DNA from: Chrysomallon squamiferum
Lineage: Eukaryota; Animalia; Mollusca
Assembly: GCA_012295275.1 (NCBI GenBank)
Contig: CM022665.1
Span: forward strand, 11,036,001-11,100,000
Direction: 5' to 3'
Length of the DNA stretch: 64,000 nucleotides
The notes below the pieces were generated by a model. That model worked only from the letters and a program-made list of their open reading frames with translations, had not been told where the DNA came from and made no database searches. The translations under genes and the position numbers were made by a program. Positions 25,901 to 39,620 of the stretch are shown here, one piece after another (the first letter of the stretch is position 1; every line of letters begins with the position of its first letter).

Positions 25901-28900
25901 ACAGAAAAAAAGCATCAATATATTTTAATACAATAGCATTTCATTATATGATAAAAATCTAAAATCACTGTTTATTACTTAAAAGCAGTCAGGCTCTGTA
26001 TCAATAATATCTATATATTTTCTGTTTTGACATACATTATAAGGATAATAATCCTTTAATTATTATTATTTTTTTTATCGATATAAAAATCAAGCTTCCC
26101 CATTAACAAAATGACATAACTAACCTGATAAATAACTAAAAAAAAAATTAATCTAAGCTAACCAAATCCCTGACATTTATGTTTCATTTAACAATTGTAT
26201 TAATTTTCTGGGTGACAGGCTAACAAGTCTCCATCCATGATTAACATTATTTTTAGTTTATAATTTATATCTTAAAAATTGTATTTAATTCACATTTGAA
26301 TCATGATTTGTATTTTACACTTAATGTTAATAGAAGTCAGTCTATCAGTTATTTGAAATGTGCTTACATTCACCAAAGGTTTAAGAATGACTTTCTTGTC
26401 CAGACAGGGTTCCGTTTACTGTCATAGAGGATTAGTTAGAGTATAAAGTGTGTGTATAAGTTAAGTTAATTATTAGTATGGGCAGATATAAGGATTTGGA
26501 GATTTTAACATAAACATTATGAGTCAAAATAATAATTAAAAAAAACCCTACACACACACTCATTATTTTGTTTGGACAGATGTAATTATTTATTAGTTTG
26601 TGATATTTGTCTAGGAAAAAATTAGATTTACAAATAAATGTAAAACAAAATGTCATTAAATAGCCTGTTAAGTAAGATACAAAGAAAATGTCCACCATTA
26701 TGATGATCATCATCATTACTTGTATTTATTTTATATATATATATATAGATATATTAGTTATTTTTATAAATAACTTTATCACATCCAGACATTACTAAGA
26801 GTTATAAATAAAGCAGTCTACAAGGCTAAAACAACAAAACATCACTCTACAACAAAAGTTCCAGAATTTCAAGAATCTTTTCAAGTTTTCTCATCTCCTG
26901 CTCGTTGTTGTGAAACAGATTGCTACAAACTAAATATAGCACTAGATCTTCTGGTGGTTATATAGAACTGATGTAATGATAGCAAAGGTTTCCTTGTTGA
27001 GTCATGCTACACAGACTCTCAGGAGAACAGACAGAGAGGCTAGACTTAGACTGACAAAGTACTCCATTTTATTTTACAACACTGTCTAGATATACCTGTC
27101 ATCTTCTGTTTCATCATGTATTATAGAGATACCAGAATTTTTTTCCCCCAAGATTCAATACTCTTGATGAACTTGCTTGAATGTTAACCATACATTATAT
27201 GTGTGTCTACAAAGTGATTTTATTATTTTTATGAATTTATTAACTAAGTTTGGTATTTAAATATTACTAGACACTTATTAGAAAAAAAAATAAAAATAAA
27301 ATAAAATAAATTAAAATAAAATTAAAATATTTTTTCACAATTAACTGGCTATTGTGCACTCTGATTAGTACTGATATTTATACTAGATTCAGTCCATGAT
27401 GAACATGCCTGGAATTTAACTTGATGTAAACCCATAAAGATAATTTTTATTAGGATTTGAAGTACAGTATAAGAAATATAAGTAATACAGACAGACAGTA
27501 TAGTATGTATGCCTGAAGACCCAGGTAACCCCCCAAAATACCTAAACCTGAAATTAGATATAGGTACATTGTATATAAATGGACTTTGATTACAGATACC
27601 ACTAATACCATTAATAATAATACATTCTGATGAATAAAAATAAACCAGAACTGGATATGGACCCACACAGTTTACTATCGGCATCAAATCTGAAATCATT
27701 ATCATTACTACTGGTAAGAATATTTTGTCCTGAACTATGTTACAATAGCCATATTATACTGGGTCCAAGACGAACTTGACTGAACTCTAATTGGATATAT
27801 AAGCCTGTAAATGCTTTTGTACTGGTATTGGAATAAATATCACTGATATGTATGTGTGTTAATTAAGTCTTTTATAAAACTGGCACCATTTTGTGAATGG
27901 GGTCATTATGGTATTTGTAATTTCTAAAGGTTTTCAGTGGTCATTTTATTTTCACTTTAAGAAATGAATAATGAGAATGGTTCAGAGAAATTAATGTTAC
28001 TTTGTCATGCTTCAGAGAAATTAATGTTACTTTGGTTGGTTCTATTTAGGGGTACTTTCTTTGTGTTTATGAGTGGAGGATGTTTTTTTTTTTTGGAGGA
28101 GAGGGGGTTGGTTTTGGGGAAAATGTATTCAGGGGGTTTGTCATTTTTTTTGTAAGGTTTTTTTTTTTTTTTAAAAACACCTTTTATGTCAATATTATTT
28201 ACCATTTTAGCCATCTTTAACAAAAAACACAAAAAAAAACAACAAATAATTAATGCTTTCTTAAACAAATATTCATTGATTTTTTTAAATTTAATACATA
28301 TGAATAAGAGAATCAAAAACAAGAAGCACATTAGTAAATAATCAGATTTATATTCATTATTTATTGTTATTTATAGATGATTATAGTACACTATAATAAA
28401 CAGTTTGTAAACAAGAACAGGTATAAAATTGTTAGAGAATTCTCATTTGTGCCAAAAATCTGCTTCATGAAGATCTGAAAGTCTTAATAGAGGTTGCAAT
28501 AAAATAAATAAAGTGAAAAGAGGAAAATAATGATATATAACAGAAACAGTACACTTAATTAGTATTTCTTTTCATACATAATCAAGCAAAATAATAATAA
28601 TAAAAGAAAATATTATTAATTTAATACAATTTTAGATTAATTAGAAATATATCCTGTGATAAAAGTGATAAAATTTGTTTTTATCTTACAAAGACCCCAT
28701 TCATATGAATTCTCATTAATCACACACAAACTTCATTTCACTCGTCATCATTACAAATGAATTACATAAACTGAGTCTATTCACACCCCACTTAAGTACT
28801 ACTAAAACAGGGAGTAGCAGACATTCAAGTTTTTCAACCATTTTTAATTTTGTTTTAATTTATTTTATATTTTATGATATATATGAAATCATAATTACAA

Positions 28901-29303
28901 ATTTATGAACATTTTATAAGGTACTTCTTTATTACACACCCACATTTACACCACATTAAACTTTATTAACAGGTGGTAACCAACATTTTCTTGAGTTATA
29001 TTCACATTAACGAGGTCCTCAGGTGTGATATGACAATTCAGAGCTTTGCACAGTGGGTTGTCTGCTTAAAACATCAATGAAATTTTATGTGAAAGATGCA
29101 GTAAATGTTGCAAGAGTCAATGAATGTCAGTAATATCAATTTTTTTTTTAGCACACTGTGACAAAAGAATGCTTATGATGACGGTTCATATAAGGTCACT
29201 AGCCATGGCTGCTAAGACAGTAAATCTAAGATGTGTTGTAACCATTGGATACATTATTCTATAACAGTGCAAAACTGGAATGATGCGTTTGCTTCATAAT
29301 CTT

Positions 29304-29339
<36 letters not shown>

Positions 29340-29978
29340 GAGGCAAAAATATCCTTTATATAATTATATATGGATATATTTTTGTTAAAGTTATATTAAA
29401 TGCATTTTCTTATAAATAAATCTGATAGATTATTTATGGTTGTCCTAGAGATTTTGGATAAGGGATAATATATTCAGTTTAATCTGTCTGTGACAGTTCT
29501 CATGGGGACCAAGCAAAAGTAGTTATGATTGGTTGCCATTGTACAGATATGATATCAGGTTCAACTATTTATATAATCTATGTCTGTGTATGTGCATGTG
29601 CATGTGCATGTGCATGTGCATGTGTGTGTGTGTGTGTTTGTTTATATGTATGTATATACTGAATTATTCAAATCACAAGTTTTACTGAATGCTTTCCATA
29701 AAAATAAATCCTACAGATTATTCATGATCTGTCCCTAAGGAAAGTGGATTAAAAGATAATATTACTGACACAAATACACCAGAGGCTTTACTTAATAAAT
29801 AATTATTAGTAAATGTTAAAGATTACAATCTACCAAAATTCATTTCATTTACACATTAAGATATGAAATATGGATATGGGTCTTTATAACATTCATATTT
29901 ATTCAGCTGGTTCTTTATTCTGGATAGAAATACTTTTAAAAAATTGGTTATAATAAAGTTAACAGCATCTGCTGTGGC

Positions 29979-30016
<38 letters not shown>

Positions 30017-30365
30017 GCAAGACACACATAAAAAAAAAGATTAAAAAAACCCATCCATTATAGTTAATACATAATGATATATAAATAAAAATTAAAAAAG
30101 GTTAAGTTAGTTTGAATTATTCTCACTGCTAGGATGTTGTCCTATGATAAAGTTATCAGCATTCATTGCAATTATTACACACAGATAACCAAAATAAACA
30201 TTTGTGGTTATTATGCTTTATTTTAATCAAATTTTTAGCCTCTGTATTATCACCACAAATAAATCAATATGGCTTTCAATACAATTTGATAATAAATGAA
30301 ATTGCAATGCACAGAATGAAATGCCTTCTATTATCCAAATGTTACAGGTTTACGATTAGTGATAT

Positions 30366-30645
30366 GAAAGGAAATAAATATACTTTGTACGTTTTCCTAC
30401 ATTTGTATGTGATAATATATAAACTTAAGGATCATAAAGATAGAGAGAAGAAACCTGGTAATAGACATTCTACTCTTTTTCAGTTAGTTGCAAGAGATCT
30501 TTATATGCACCTGCCCAAAGAATGGAAAGTACATGTTGTGGCTTTTGAATAGTATGGGGAAAAGCTCATTCGATTCATCAAGTATTGATCTGGTGACACT
30601 TCACGTCTCAGTCATATGCTCTAGCCTCTGAGTTACAGACAACCC
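30366..30645 (-). mobile_element. Near full-length degenerate SINE
   Basis: Core TTAGTTGCAAGAGATCTTTATATGCACC and, on the minus strand, a tRNA-like head GTAACTCAGAGGCTAGAGCA. Confidence 0.7.
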
Positions 30646-31028
30646 TTGAATAATATTGCCAATGGATACATCATTTTCCGAAATATCTGATATATAAATT
30701 CTAAATACTTGTATTAATTTGTTGGTAATTATGAAGTTTTTGGAGAATAAAAAAAGGATAAATGTAACTTGTAAAAACAGGATAGCAGCTGCAGTTTAAT
30801 GTCACCTATAATTTTGTTCAAGATAACATTTATAACCTAAAATTTGATCTATGGCTTTTCTAACAGAAAAAATTGCCATTATTGTCTTAAAAATCAAAAA
30901 AGCATTTTTGATATATGTTTTTTCAGAAATAATTTGGCATCAATATGTTATGAATTTAAAGAAAGAATTTGTGATACCATACATCATAACCTTGATAAAC
31001 TAGATGGAAAAATAACAGGTAATCCTAT

Positions 31029-31368
31029 GGAGAATACTGTAACCCAGAGGTCTGAGTGCTGGGCTAAGGCATTATTGTTAACATAGGTTAACATAACCTG
31101 TACTCCTCAGCCCACCTTACATGATATCCTGTTCCAACCAGTGTGCTGAAACTGGTTTGTTAAAGGTTTGGTAAATTCTTTCCTGTCTATGAGAATGTCA
31201 TTATAAAAAAAAAAACTCTTTGGTGTTAAATGAACATGTGCTGCTCATATCATAGTATAATCATTTCCTCCTCACATAACTGTATGATCCTTTTCTGTAC
31301 ACATGACACTACATAATATATGTAGATTTAAATATATTGAGTGCATAGTTAAATAAAATATTTCTTCC
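31029..31368 (+). mobile_element. Near full-length degenerate SINE
   Basis: Head TGTAACCCAGAGGTCTGAGTGCT, body CTGTTCCAACCAGTG...AAAGG...TCCTGTCTATGAG, tail TTGAGTGCATAGTTAAATAAAATATTTCTTCC. Confidence 0.7.
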
Positions 31369-32069
31369 TGGTCGACTGGGTCAGTGATTTAAAGACCTCC
31401 CTGCCACAAGACACACTGTGACAGTCATCTACATGCCATTCATCATGAAGGCAATTCATCACTGCATGTGAATGGTTGACAGTATTTGTCACACTGCTAA
31501 TTACACTTATTTGAGAAAACAAATAACATATGGATGACACCAGACTATTAAATCGTATCTCTTCAAATTAAACATCTGTTACATTTCTGTATGATTTGTG
31601 AGAAATTATATTTTACTAATGTTTTTGATAATATGATGAAATTTTTAAATTTCATCATATATAATTAAAATCATATATATATATATGTATTGCGCAGGAA
31701 TACATGTAACACATAAATGTGTACTTAATACAGAAAATGGTAAAAATAATGATGAAAGAAGGGACTGAATTTTGACCTAGAGTGTCAGACAATGGTAAGC
31801 ATTAATGACTAATCTTTGATACCATCACACTATTGTAGACTTTGCTCAGAGAAATTTAAACAAGTTCTCAGAACGAATGACTAACATGGGATTGTGAGTA
31901 TTAGGAACAGACACCCTAAGGCAAGAAAATCCAGACAGCAAATAACACACAAGACATTAAACTGTTCTAAAGAGCAAAAGGTGGGACAAGCTGCTGTAGT
32001 TGATAAAAATTAGCTTGAAGTATGATGTGTAACAGGTTCAATACTCATCAGTGGACAATCATGATATTT

Positions 32070-32210
32070 CCTGCTCTAGACATTATTCTAGAAATAATTA
32101 TCAAAGGCTGTGGTATATATTTTCTTCTTTGTAGGAAGGTTTGTATAAAAGATCAGTGTTTATTAATTGGTAACCTACTGATTGGTGGCACTGGATTTTT
32201 CTCTGTTTTA
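32070..32210 (+). mobile_element. SINE fragment
   Basis: ATCAAAGGCTGTGGTATAT...GGAAGGTTTGTATAAAAGATC...GGTGGCACTGGATTTTTCTCT. Confidence 0.55.
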
Positions 32211-33189
32211 TAATCATTGTATAAGTAGGCATACATATGAAACTAATAACTAAATATACAAATGTACAAGGGTGTTGTAAAGCTTAATTATTCATTTTGG
32301 TTAGATACAAATAACCACTTTACCTTTTTATTATTATTAGTTTTAATTTTATTTATTTATTTATTTATTTAATCTTTTTAATAATTTTAGATTACAGCCA
32401 TCCAGTCCTTATTAAATAATTTTTCTTGACGCCTATCTAATTAATTGCTTTCTTTCTTCTTTTTTCTTTTTTAATTATTATTAAACTAAAAGCCTTTTTT
32501 CACTGAATTTTTTTTTTTTTTGTGTGTTCTTGGAAAGTGTATTATTAAGCCTACCTTCATAATCATCAACAAATTACTGTATTTCAAGTATTCAGGTGGT
32601 TTTTTTTGCAGAAGCAAGCAATATTTGATAAAGTAATGCATCTACTGCACAATATGTCAGCAAGCCATAAAAAGCTTATAAAATGTCCTTCTTTATTAAT
32701 CAACCATTTATCAAATATTGATCAGATAAAAACATTTTCTCTTAATTGTTTTGTCATCTGCTTAAATTATTGTATATTTCAGCTTCATTATTGATTTGTG
32801 GAGAACAAGTAAATTAAGCTTTCAGATTTGTTAGCTGATGTAAATTTAGTGATTTATGTCAACACTGCCATACATTATTTTGTAAATCAAAAGACATTGT
32901 AAAACATCTAAGCAATTATTTAAGAATTAGGGGTTGTTGTTTTTTCTGCAACTCAAATACCACTTTATTTTTTTACATAAAAACACAACCCCACTTTCTC
33001 TTTTTTTCTAACATCTGACTGCACACATAACAAGAGAACAGATTAGCCCTTCCTAAAATACCTGAAACTACAATAACACTCACCAATATATCACTTCTGG
33101 AAGTGAAAACAAATGTTTTCTATGACCAGTTTCCTCTTTCTGACCTTCAAATAGAGTATCAAATAGCTGTATGGCTAGCCAACACATAC

Positions 33190-33440
33190 AGTACTATAAC
33201 TATAGGATCTAGTCAGCTAGATAACAGTTTCAGTATTGTAACTAGACTATAAAGTCATCTAGAAAATACTTCTAGTATTGTAATTAGAAGATATAGTCAT
33301 TGAGATGTAAGTTCATTAATATAACAAGGAGATATGGATATCTAGATAACAGTTTCATATTGTAACTAGAAGATGAAATCATCTAGATAGTATTTTCACT
33401 GTTTCACTAGAAACTAAATTTATCTAAATAACAGATTCAT
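33190..33440. repeat. Degenerate ~43-bp tandem repeat, about 6 copies
   Basis: AGTCATCTAGATAACAGTTTCAGTATTGTAACTAGA-like unit recurs. Confidence 0.8.
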
Positions 33441-33509
33441 GATGTATTCTTATGATTGTAAAACACATAAGATTATAAAATATATGTCCTAGAAAAGAAA
33501 AACAACTTT

Positions 33510-33760
33510 TACTTCTTTCTCCAACCAATGGCAATGAATGATGTATCAAAGGTAATGGTATATACCATCCTGCTAACGGGAAGGTATACATAGAAAGCTC
33601 CCTTAGTGCTAATGGAAAATAATTTTGGTTTGCTCTATTCTTGAAAGTCTGAAGACTAATTATCTTCAGATTACAAAATGATTAACATACAACAGCCAGT
33701 GATAGAAAATGAATCAATGTGCTCTAGTGATGTCATTAAAGAAAAAGAAAACAAGCTTCC
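33510..33760 (+). mobile_element. SINE remnant with a different 3' tail
   Basis: Shared body CCAACCAATG...ATCAAAGGTAATGGTATATACCATCCTG...CCCTTAGTGCTAAT, followed by a distinct tail AATCAATGTGCTCTAGTGATGTCATTAAAG. Confidence 0.6.
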
Positions 33761-34074
33761 ATGCATGTGCATTTTAATTTTAATTTTGTATTATATATCT
33801 GTAATGCATTCTTCTCTGTAATGTAATCTACAGTTTATGAGAATAAAGTCATTGTCACTGTCATTGTCTTAAAATAATAAAAAAAAATATTTACAGTTGT
33901 TGCTGATTGAGCTAGTGTTTCTTTCAGAGTCATTTTGCTCACTTATTTATAAATTGTCATATTAAAATAATCTTGCTTGCAACCTATCTCATGATGTTGT
34001 CCACTCGTGCAGTATGTCTCATGTTAGTTTTTCTTAGATCTCATATACTGGTGTCTCACATTTTCACAGTCCTA

Positions 34075-34325
34075 GCTCAAAATGCTGATTACATCTGTAC
34101 AATGAACAGTAAGTAAGTCTTTTTTTTTTATATAGTATATAATCAGTTCAAGGAAAACTGCTAGACATCTTCATACATTGAAAAATAAGTAAATGTTTTT
34201 ATCTTCTGCATAACATATAATCGTTACAAGGAAAACTGCTAGACATCTTCATACACTATGCAGTAAGTCTATTTCTGTTATATATAACATATAAAGAATA
34301 CAAAGAAAATTGCTAAACATTTCCC
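34075..34325. repeat. ~79-bp tandem repeat, about 3 copies
   Basis: CAAGGAAAACTGCTAGACATCTTCATACA is identical at 34149 and 34226, with weaker flanking copies. Confidence 0.8.
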
Positions 34326-34474
34326 ATTATGAGCTGTAAGTAACACCCAGTGATGTATTCATCTTCACCTGACTCAGAGTTGTAGTTACTAAAGATGTGA
34401 TTACTCAGTGGTACCAAAGCAGCAGACATGAAGAACAGGTCTATCATGTGTGAGTATAGGTATGCATGTGTTTG

Positions 34475-34476
<2 letters not shown>

Positions 34477-34520
<44 letters not shown>

Positions 34521-34548
34521 AGGTGTGTGTGTGTGTGTGTGAGTGTGT
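34477..34548. repeat. (GT)n microsatellite; other (GT/CA)n tracts at about 10729, 11704, 12722, 23514, 29308, 29984, 47345, 55201 and 56210
   Basis: Directly visible. Confidence 0.95.
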
Positions 34549-34829
34549 GATGACCTAAGAAATGGAACACACACAAACAGATGGCAAGACACCAAGTGTT
34601 AGTATTGTTCAACCCTGTGCACACTGAATCACCCTCTGCAGACAAGATTCATCTTGGCACAGATTACAAGAATAGAAAAAAGATAGGTTTAAGTGGTTTT
34701 TGAAGAGCTCAGTGTTTTTTGTTTTGTTTTTTAAAAACCCATCAAAGTGAGTGTATACTTAAACAAAAATATTTAAATTAGACAGACAGTTTCATATATG
34801 CTTATAACCAGTGAAGGTTCCAGAACACT

Positions 34830-34975
34830 GTACCCAAGAATTAGATTATGGCATTGAATTCAAGAGCTTAGGGTATTGCTTTGAATCCAAGCTTAGTTAT
34901 GGCTTTGAAACCAAGAGCTTGGGTGATGACACTGAAATCAAGAAACACTGAATCCATGAGTTTCAGTTATGTCCA
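34830..34975. repeat. ~27-bp tandem repeat
   Basis: TTGAA(T/A)(T/C)CAAGAGCTT..GT.ATGGC recurs about 5 times. Confidence 0.7.
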
Positions 34976-35929
34976 CTGTGGTGTTAGTGTTTTACAGAAT
35001 TACAAATGACTCAGTTGCTGTGTTAATTTCAATCACAGATCTGTCTGTCTAAAAGTTATGACTTAACTAGTTTCTATTTCTAAATCACTGTACGTCTTTA
35101 TGATATTCTGAACCTTTGTGAGATAAATAAACACTAAGGCCTGTATGTGTAGAATAAACATATGTTAAAAACTTTATCTCTGTTTCTGTGTTTATGTGTG
35201 TATACATATAATTAATATATTATCCATTAACACTAATCTGTTAGCTCTAGAAAAACAATTCTTAATTCATAAAATATGTTATAAAGAACAAATCATATAA
35301 TAATCATCTGAACAAGAAAAAGAGTTAAATAATACAGAAAACAAAGGAAGGTGCACATGTACTTAAAACAATACAAAAAAATATAAAAAGAACATGACAA
35401 CAGAAAAAAAAAAGAAAGACGAATGTAGTATAATGTTGTGTCTGCTACAATCAAGGTGGCATCCTAAAATACAGGCAGTTGCTAATGCAGAAGAGGAGGA
35501 ATGCTGTCTGGTTCATGCAGTTGTATTAATCCTACACTGAGATGGTAATGTTTCACCTTTAGACACAGTAGCTGAAGAGAATTACATATGGCAATAATAT
35601 CTGTCTGTAAAAACTTTCTTTGAAGTCCTATTTTTAACCAAAGGGTTTGACAGTTGATTGCAAAACACATACTTCATAACATAAATTCTTAGCCCATCTT
35701 CCATCAAGTGCAAAAAAGAAAGATAGATTGATATGTGAACTAATAATAGTGGTAAACTTCCAGACGTAGAAAAAAATCACTGAATAGATAGATTAAACTA
35801 AATAAATGATGTTATGTAATATAGCAAAATGGTTGAGAACATTGATAAACTGAATTATTGAGCAGAATGATCAATTAAAGAATTTGTTTCCTTGAAGTGT
35901 TTTTCTATGATCAATTGTTAGATGTATAA

Positions 35930-36050
35930 TGATGATGTAAGACAGAAAACTGGTTTCACAGACAGGAATGCATGTATCACACAGCCTTTGATAAAATAGT
36001 AATAGCACACACAGGCTGGAATGGGAAATAGCATAAAATGTCACTGATTC
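35930..36050 (-). mobile_element. SINE fragment
   Basis: CACAGACAGGAATGCA...CACAGCCTTTGATA...GGCTGGAATGGGAAATAGC is the reverse complement of the body seen at 32070 and 33510. Confidence 0.55.
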
Positions 36051-38639
36051 TGTTATCTATCTCATTGCTGTGTTCTAATCATGTGAATTAAAGAAAAACA
36101 AATACTTGTATGTATACATAATGTATAGATGCTGTCTGCTCACATCACCAAATTTACCCAATATTTCTCACAGGAATCTTTTGCTTATCTGAATGTCATA
36201 CTTTATCATTAGTAAAGACTAGTTATGTGCAATGAATAAAACAAATTATGATAAGTATATACAGCAAAGACAAATAAAATACATACTAGGAAATAAGCAA
36301 AATGTATTTAGGCTATGTGCTGTTCATACCACCAAAGTTAACTCATTAATATTTCCCACAGAAATGTGTGTTTTCTTATCTGAAAGGATAACAAGGTCTT
36401 GTAAAGCAGTCTGATCAAATTAGAGATAAAATATCAGACAAACTAGCTCTAATTACTGGTGGTCTCCCTATATTATGTTTGTAAAAACAGCCTGAAGAAA
36501 ACAAAAATGATAAAAAATTGATTTTTAGCTATTCAATTAGACTGACATTAAAACAAATTAATTGTCTGTGCATATAATATCAATGTGTATATAATATTGA
36601 TATGTGTATATGTGTGTGTGAAAGAAAGAACTCTAGTAGTCAAGTTGTGTAAGTAACAAATATAGCAACAGCAATACTTTTGTTTGCTTATATCATAATT
36701 TAAAAAAAAAAAAAAATAAAAAGCTGATCTTTAAACATAAAACTTTTATTCATCTCAAGAGTATTTTAACTTCTTTCCTGTGTATGAACATTTTTACAAA
36801 AATTATTTGAAATCTAAAACATTTTTTTTTCTAACTTTGAAATTCAAAACTAAAATTCTTTTGAAATAATGTTGACAAAAGCAATTTTATTTTTTTAATG
36901 AAAATCTAAAAAAAATTTAAAAAACGAATAAATAAATAAATAAATAAATAATAATAAAAAATAAAATAAAATAATATAAAGTAATAATAATAATAATAAT
37001 GAATGAATGAATAAATAAATAATTAAATAAAAATATATAAATGAATAAAAATAAAAAACTTTAGAAAAATTAAATCAACCAGTGCTCCTCTGTCTGTAGA
37101 TGAAAATAGAAAAGATTAAAATCCCCTGCAGAGAAAATGATTTATTTCTAGCAGTTTTACAGCGTGCTGATTTTACTTTTATTTCAGTTCCCCTACACAC
37201 CTGTACCTGTTCCTCAACCAGTGGGGCAATTAACACAGTGTGAGAGAACTCCCATTCATCACTGTCAATCACGTAACAGACAGGCAGACTATTAAAAGAC
37301 AATTAAAGGTTATCGAGTACTGATTACACAACAATAAAGTGGACATCTAAAGTCCTGTGAAATCTGAATACTTTACAAAATATGAAATTATTTGATACTT
37401 TTTAGATTATATACAATGTAACACATATTAAAACATTTGTAAATTTATATGAAATTATTTTATTTGGGAATTTTTAGATAAAAGGTCATCTAACTTATTC
37501 TAACACATTTGTAAAGTATGAAATTATTTTATTTTGGAATTTTTTTTTAGACACAAATAATTAATGTATTTTTTAAATAAAGAATAACAGGAAAGAAAAA
37601 CAAAATGGAAGTCATAAGAAAATATTGATCACACATTGCTTTTAATGTTTATGTATCTCAGAGAAAATGAAAACGAGGAAAACAGAAAGATCAATATATC
37701 TGAACTTAAAAGATTTATATTGTTTCCTTTTATAGGTAACAGTTATGCTGCTTATTGGAAAGTTGTAATGCACATATACATGAGAGGAAGAGATAGAGCC
37801 AGAAATAAAGAGAGAGACTGATAAAGAGTGAGAAAGAAATGGAAAGAACGAGGGATGGGATAACTCAGAGAAAGAAAGAGTCAGAAAGTTAGAGTGTGAG
37901 AATAAAAAAGAGAGGCACAGGATGTTAGAGTAAGTAATAAATGGAAAGGAAAAGAAAAAGAGACATGGATATAGAACATGAGACAGAAAGAATGGAGAAT
38001 GAGAAACAGATAAAGGAACTTCACAGTGAAATATAATATTAATCAATTAAGCTGCTATTTTCATAAGAAAACTCAGGATAACTTCTGCATGTGCAATGAA
38101 ATATAAAATAAAACATTTAACAAAAATTAAATTTATAAAGCACTTAACTTAATATTTAATCCTCCGCAACCTCCACAACCCCTCCAAAAAAACCTGTAGC
38201 TTTGTAATGTCATAAAATCCAAAACAGACCTGCATATTTTGCAGACATGCAGCACATACATTACAAAAACTGCATGGACTCAGTAATAAATTCTCAAAGC
38301 ATCATGGTAATCACTTATGGATGAAGACCAAAGGTCCACCATTATCTGCTATGAAGCTACAGCACAGCTACTGACCAAGATGGTCAGATATCACACACAT
38401 TTATGAAGCAATAAACAAGTACTGCTTTGACAAATACTCTTATATACACTGCATGGGGTACTATAATAAACTCATGAAAAAGGGATTACTTTATAAAGAT
38501 ATTAGCAATAAATGGACAGAAAAGCATGAAATGCTATATAAAATTTTGCTACAAAATAATTGCTTCTTTATACTGATAGTGGGGAAATGACATAAATGTG
38601 TGTTCTTTCTTATTCAGTAATTGAGTGGATTGAAGGTAT

Positions 38640-38790
38640 GAACAGGTCGCAAGATTAATGTTATTCTATTTGTTCATTGCCTGTTTCCAATTCCAGCTAA
38701 TAGTTAGGATCATTTTCATCAACAGTTAAGGGAAGGTGAACGTTAATGATTCTGTGCTGCTAATCAGTAAGAGTAGCTCAAGTGATATTT
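38640..38790 (+). mobile_element. SINE fragment
   Basis: GGGAAGGTGAA...TGCTGCTAATCAGTAAGAGTAGC is the reverse complement of the core at 19070-19090. Confidence 0.55.
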
Positions 38791-39530
38791 ATTATTATTA
38801 TTAAACTACCATGGTTGTTATCAACCTGCTTTCTAAGAATACAAGACAACCTAAATATGTTAATTTACTGGAGAAAGATGGGTTTTTTTTACTTTGGATG
38901 GTATTATGTCAGGCAGTTAAAACCTGATAAAAGAATGGGTGTGGCTTAAAACATCTACCAACAGATACTGGAATTTCAGTTGGAATAAGGTTCTGGCTTC
39001 AGGAACAGATCTAAGAGGTGGGTACAGCTGACACTTCTAATACTGCCACCCCACTCCACCAGAACTACCATCAGAAAAATGACTAATGTTGTTTCATAAA
39101 AGTCAGAAAATAATTTAAGGTCTTGAATGTGATGGTACAAAATATCTCTTCTTGATAGCTATTAGGAGCCCCTCTTGACATAACATCGTTTTTGCTGGGA
39201 GATTTGCCAACATGGAAGAGTGAATGTCATTAAGAATTTTCTTTAAAACACAAAGAAATACTGTTACAGCATCTATTTGTAGTGTGAATGGTGCATGAAT
39301 GAACTAAATATATGGGCAAACATTTTTTAATGGTGTATTATGTGAAAATAGCTGTCTGTTGATATGTAATAAATACACATTTTGTTTAGATAATGAAAAT
39401 AATAATCTGATAATTCAGTGTGTGAGAGAGAACTTCTTTTGTTTACATAATTCACGATTTCATAATAGAGGGCATATTGTAATGACGAATATAATTTTCA
39501 AGATGCTATAAATTTAAAAAAAAAAAAAAA

Positions 39531-39539
<9 letters not shown>

Positions 39540-39611
<72 letters not shown>

Positions 39612-39620
39612 AATAAATAA
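39540..39620. repeat. (AAT)n/(AAAT)n microsatellite
   Basis: About 21 perfect AAT units followed by AAAT units. Confidence 0.97.

Noticed and set aside
29590-29625. (GTGCAT)n array containing TGCATG Rbfox-like motifs
   Set aside because: The motif is on the plus strand; the NELL pre-mRNA reads (ATGCAC)n, so it is treated as a microsatellite variant.
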